Positions 58,749-64,000 of a stretch of 64,000 nucleotides of DNA are shown here, piece by piece (the stretch's first letter is position 1; each line of letters begins with the position of its first letter). Made by a program: the position numbers and the translations under genes. The notes below the pieces were generated by a model, which saw nothing but the letters and a program-made list of their open reading frames with translations, did no database searches and was not told the DNA's origin. The DNA lies in NCBI GenBank assembly GCA_021613535.1, contig CP075495.1, positions 11,966,001-12,030,000 on the forward strand, read 5' to 3'. The DNA is from Adineta vaga (taxonomy: Eukaryota; Animalia; Rotifera).

Positions 58749-61109
58749 ATGGCATCAATTCTTCGAGTAGTAGCAAATAGTTCCACATCGGGTTTCGATT
58801 CAGCAAATCCCGTTAACGATATAGGAAAACGTTTAGCTAAATGGGCACTTGTTATTGGTGTACCGACAGCAGTTTGTGTTTCTGCCTATCTAGTTTATCG
58901 ACAACAACAAGATCTTGCGAAAAAATCAGCAACAAGACGTTCACCTTTACCAACGCCATTGACAAGTATTACAGGAACAACAATTTTACCAACTTCGACG
59001 AAAGCGAATGGAGATACACTTTCATTATCAAATAATCGAACGAAAGTAACAATCTAATTAGCTCTAATGAGATTATGAATAATAAAGAATTGTTCTTTAG
59101 AGTCGTTTAACATTAGCAATTGAATTAAAAAATGAAGGCAATATCAAATATCGGGAAAATAAATTCAATGAAGCTATCGAAGCTTATTCAAGTGAGTATA
59201 TTAATTATTTTTTTATTATATTTTATTATAAAAAACTTGTGCCAATTGTTTTTGTAGAAGCTATTGAAACTTGTCCATTAGAATCAACTGAAGAACTCTC
59301 ACAATTTTATCAAAATCGAGCTGCAGCTTGGGAATCATTAGTATATATTTACTTTAATTTCTTTTTCTTCAATAATTTTCTTATTTTAATATAGAAAATA
59401 TACGATAAAGTTATTGAAGATTGTTCACGAGCTATAGAACTCAATGCAAAATATATCAAATCTATTCAAAGACGCGCTCGTGCTGCGGAAAATATCAAAA
59501 ATTTTGAATTAGCTCTCGAAGGTTTGTTTGTCATTTCTTTTCATTCAAAATCTTAATCAAAGTTCTTTTACTAGATTACTCAACTGTCTGTTTTATTGAT
59601 TCCTATCAACCAGCATATATCATGGCTGCTGATAAAGTTCTAACCGATCTTGCAAAACGTTATATCGAAACATTACCACCTGTAAAAGAAATTTGTTTTC
59701 ATTTTTAAATCGATTTTTTTCCTTTTCTTAAAGAGTAATGCAGAATTATCAATAGATTTTGTTCGTACATCACTCAATGAATTCGAAGATGATCCAATAT
59801 TAGATTCAACATTCATCAGTGAAATTCATACTAATCGATCAGATACTCCATTGTCGCGTGCCTATCAAGCATATGACGAATGTCATTTTAGTGATATTCC
59901 ATCATTATGTACACAAGAACTTGAATTATCTCTTCCATCACCATATAAACTACAAGCATTATTATTTCGTGGTTCATTTTATCTATTAATGGGTGATTAT
60001 AAAGAAGCATTAACTGATTTCAATACTGTTATCAATGATCCAAATACTTCCGAAAAGGTTTTTCGAATATATGAATATGTCTTTCGAATAACTTATGAAC
60101 AATTCTAGATGAAAATAAATGCTGAATTAAAACGAGCAAATACAAAAATTCATCAACGTGATCTCGAAGGAGCTATGTATGAATACGATCAATGTATTCG
60201 AACTCATCCCGATACATGTGCTCCACATGTTCATCGTGGCATGGTTTGTTTCTCTTAAACTGTTTTTTTCTTCTTAACACTCAGAAATTTCTCTTTTCAT
60301 TCAGCTTAAAACATTATTAGAAAGTTATTCCGAAGCTGCTGATGATTTCAAAGAAGCATTAAATATTTCACCAACAAATCTTCGAGCAAAATATCAACAA
60401 TTAATCAATGAAGCAAAAATTGGTAATAAAGAAAATAAACCTGAACGTGTTGAACGTGTATTGAAAAATTTTCAAGAATACTATGATCGATGTAAAAATG
60501 ACATCTACTATGCACTTGCGTTAACATCTGTAAATATATAATGATTAAAAATATCGATTGATTCATTCATTTCTATATTCTAGTGCTATTTGGATAATAA
60601 TCGCAAAGATCAAGCATTAGAATATTTAAATAAATTTATTGAAGAAATTCCAAATAATCCAACATTATTGGCATTGAAAGCGTATATACATTCATAAAAT
60701 ATCTGTTTGTTTGTTATTGAATTTCATTTAGAAATTGTTTAATGGCAAAAGATTCGTCAAATGATTTGGAAGCGGAAAAATTATTTCTTCATGCTTTAGA
60801 AATCGATCCATCCAATGAAACTGTTCTAACAATGTTTGCAATATTTAAATGTAATCGGTATGTTTTAAATTAGTTTATGAATTCATTTTTATTTTTTGTT
60901 CAAATAGAAATGAATTTGAAGAAGCAGCAAATCTATATGAACGTGCAATACATTGTACACGTGGTGAAGAAAAATTAATGCAATATGCTGCTTTACTCTA
61001 TGCAATTCGTGCACAAGGTCGAGCAATGAAACGTTTGAGTATCAATTTTCCAAGTGGACTTCCTCAAACCAATGGATCAGTACCAAACTGGATGAATGGA
61101 ATGAATTAA
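58749..61109 (+). CDS. TOMM70: Mitochondrial import receptor TOM70 (TPR protein), multi-exon
   Basis: N-terminal signal anchor (WALVIGVPTAVCVSAYLVY); clamp TPR LKNEGN..Y...KFNEAIEAYSKAIETCP...FYQNRAAA..KVIEDCSRAIELN.KYIK...RRARA; further TPRs (ALLFRGSFYLLMG). Confidence 0.88.
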
Positions 61110-64000
61110 AGAATGAAATTCTTTTCTTTTTATATATATATATATGTATTAATGATTGTTATAGTGCATTGATCTTCTTTCTCTCCGTCTAGTCTTTTGT
61201 TTTAACAAAATCTTCTTACATTTTTTTCTCTCTTACACTCTTCTTTTTTTTGCTTCTTCTTCTTCTTCTTCTTTTATTACATAAAATTAATGTGTCAAAG
61301 TAAGAGATTAGAAGTAAGAAAAATATATCTCTTTCTTTTTCTTCACTAATCCTTAGTGACATAAGATTAAAAACTTAACGACAAGTCATATACAGACTAA
61401 CAGTTTAAAGTTTGATGAAAAGCAATTTTTGTTATGATTCATCTAATCAAAATTCGAGAATTAATTGAAGAATTCTATTAATATCAATCTCAATGGATTT
61501 CTCTATCGATATTTTTCGAACATAAATCAATAGCCTAAATGATATTCATTTCGTATTCAATTAATTATGATTAACATCAACTATATCAATGGAAAAACAA
61601 AACTTCATCAATCTAATTAATATTCTTTACTCATTTGATCTGTTGTCCTTTCTTTTTATATTACATCCGTAGCAGTTTTTTTAATTCTATTTTAGTTGGT
61701 AAAAAAGGATCATATGAGGTTATTTTTTTACTTCATTAAGTTTTTTTTCTCGATATTTTATGAAAAGAAAACTAACAGACGTGCTCAAAGTCATTTTAGC
61801 ATCTTGTGTCCTCTTCACATTGAACTATACCATGAATATAAAAAAGGAAATAAAGAAAAGTTTTAAAAAAAAGAGAGAGAAAAGATGTGTTTCGAAGAAT
61901 AAATTTGTTCCACTAGTTTGATTTATTAGTTCATCTTAAAATATGTATATAGATATATACTTTTTTCTCTTCTAAGTAGCCTATATAGATCTGCATGCAA
62001 TATAATCTTATCAGAAATAGATTTATCACTTGAAGAATAAAATCATAATCAAATCTATACTGTCTGATAGAAAAAATAATTCTGATACCTGTATTCAACT
62101 TTGCTTATTTCTTTTCCTGTTGAGAACTTTTTATGAAACGAGGGATACCTTGATTATGTTAGTTTATTTTTTTTTGTATGAGATTTAGATGACTTTTACA
62201 CAGTAAAATATGTCATCTACATCCGTTCAAATGTAGACGGAGCTCTATGTCAATGTCCCTATTACTCTAATGGCACGTGAACGGAAACAATACTATCATC
62301 AATAGACTAACATATAGATTTAATTCAGTTGTCTTACGCACAAAACATATGTGCGTGTGATGCATGCGTTAAATCAATTGAACAAATCTTGTATTTCTCA
62401 TGAGATTGAACAATAAGCATTCTGTCAACTATCTTTTGACTTTGTTTTTCTTGAGACAATTTGTAAGCACTATAAATAAGTATTCATTTTACTGATCAGA
62501 ACAACTTTCAGTAGAATAGAACATGCTCCAGACATTCAGCAATTGTAGCTAAATATATATGCGTGTGTGTCAATATAAAATAATATGCACTAAATAAATC
62601 GTAATCTAATAAAGATTATCTTTAGTTATTCGTATTGAAATCTGATTCTAATTTGATGTGATATATGTTTATAAGATGATCGATGAACAAATATTGGTTT
62701 ATTCTGTCACCTTACGCTAACATTTCTTGACAGATTTTTCCGGATGGTTAATAAATCGTTTTCTCTTCTTCTTCTCTTTTTCTTTTCCTATAATTTTTCC
62801 GCTTTATTTCGCTTATTTAGCTCATTCTTTCTTGATGATTTTTTTTCTAATTTCGAAAAAAAAGTACTCGAGAACGTGAATTATGTTCATACGCTTTGCT
62901 TTCTCGCGTGCGGTAGCAGAAACATCAGCAATGGATCTTATTCGCTCATGTCCTGTGTTCTGCGACATGCAATGAAACATGGGAAAAGAGAAAGAGAAGA
63001 CGACGACGATGGAGAAGAAGAAGAAGGGAAAGAAGAAGACGACAATGCTAAAACCGAAGCTATAGCAGAAGAAGAAGAGCTGGCTTGCCAAGCTCGTCAT
63101 CGCCCGCTATGTCGTCTTTTGTGTTATTCTTTCATGCAATAGAGTTTAGTAGCCAGCTATCCTTTTCTTCCTGATGTGACACAGTAAGAAAGAAGAGAGA
63201 CAGAGAAAGCAAAAGATGAAAGGGGAAGAGAAACGTAGAGTGACAAACGGGTAACTAACAGAGTTGTAGAGAGTGAGAGCACAACAAGAAACAACAATCA
63301 TTTTTATTATGATTATAATTTTGTTCGTTTTATATATACACTCCTCGTTGACGGCCTCTTTCTAAGTTTAATATAGTCTTTCGATCTCTTGTCATTACGA
63401 TATTAATGGTAATAATAATATAAATAAGTGAAGTGATAGTGATCTTCTTCTAGAATAGAAGGTTAAAGGACTTGTAAATATAAAAGCATATTAACAAAAA
63501 AAAGCATCAAAAGAAGACGGAGAGAGATGTATATGAAAAAGGAACATTTTTTTCCATTAATCAATTGAACATCGAATAACAGTAAGTGTGAGAGGATGGC
63601 AGCAATTAGCTCTACTGAACATGAATGAAAAAGAGAGAAAAAAAAGGAATGACACTTTTTTTTCACACTAAGTATGTTCAGTAACTTTCAACAAACAGTT
63701 TTTTTTCTTCTTTTCTTCATCTAGTAATTCATAGTTAACTTACATAGTATTATTGGCAATATTTTTCTTTCTATTATCTCTTTTTCATCAGATGTCAACG
63801 ATAGGAATAAAACAGAAGCCAGCTTCATTTGTATTTGTATAAGATCAACAAAAAAAAAAGAAAGAGAAGATGAAGTGAATTCAAGGTATTTATTTCACTA
63901 ATGACTTCCTTTTTTAAAACTTCTGAAAGCAGTTATTCTCATGATTCGCATATTAGCTTTTTTTTCTATCGTTTCTTTTTTTTGTTCATAACATTCTAGA

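Noticed and set aside
62744-63142. E/D-rich ORF and its antisense F-rich ORF
   Set aside because: Purine-rich low-complexity tract like those in other non-coding regulatory regions here; no domain or splice support.

Overview
AT-rich, gene-dense eukaryotic genomic DNA with many very short (about 45-60 nt) GT-AG introns. The composition, intron size and mix of metazoan and bacterial-type genes suggest a bdelloid rotifer (inference, not provable from this window). Genes, left to right: MUTYH (5'-partial), HMBOX1-like homeobox, reeler-domain protein, a 7TM GPCR, a bacterial Tmm/mFMO-type flavin monooxygenase with one intron, then a direct-repeat duplication (FMO 3' end + GT10 fucosyltransferase; left copy inactivated by a microhomology-bounded deletion) enclosing about 4.8 kb of gene and element debris, including a proteasome-beta/E2 chimeric pseudogene. 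Next come PCYT1, dihydropyrimidinase/CRMP with a nested antisense TM gene, a 3x MSSAWamide (MIP-like) neuropeptide precursor, a GG-less ubiquitin-like protein, CLASP with several candidate alternative first exons, a tightly packed ATAD1 - small TM protein - bacterial-type mgsA cluster, an ARM-like/TIR/SAM-like/CaaX protein, a hAT-type MITE, a ninjurin with two alternative last exons, and TOM70. Exon boundaries were read by eye and similarities come from recalled family motifs; no searches were run.
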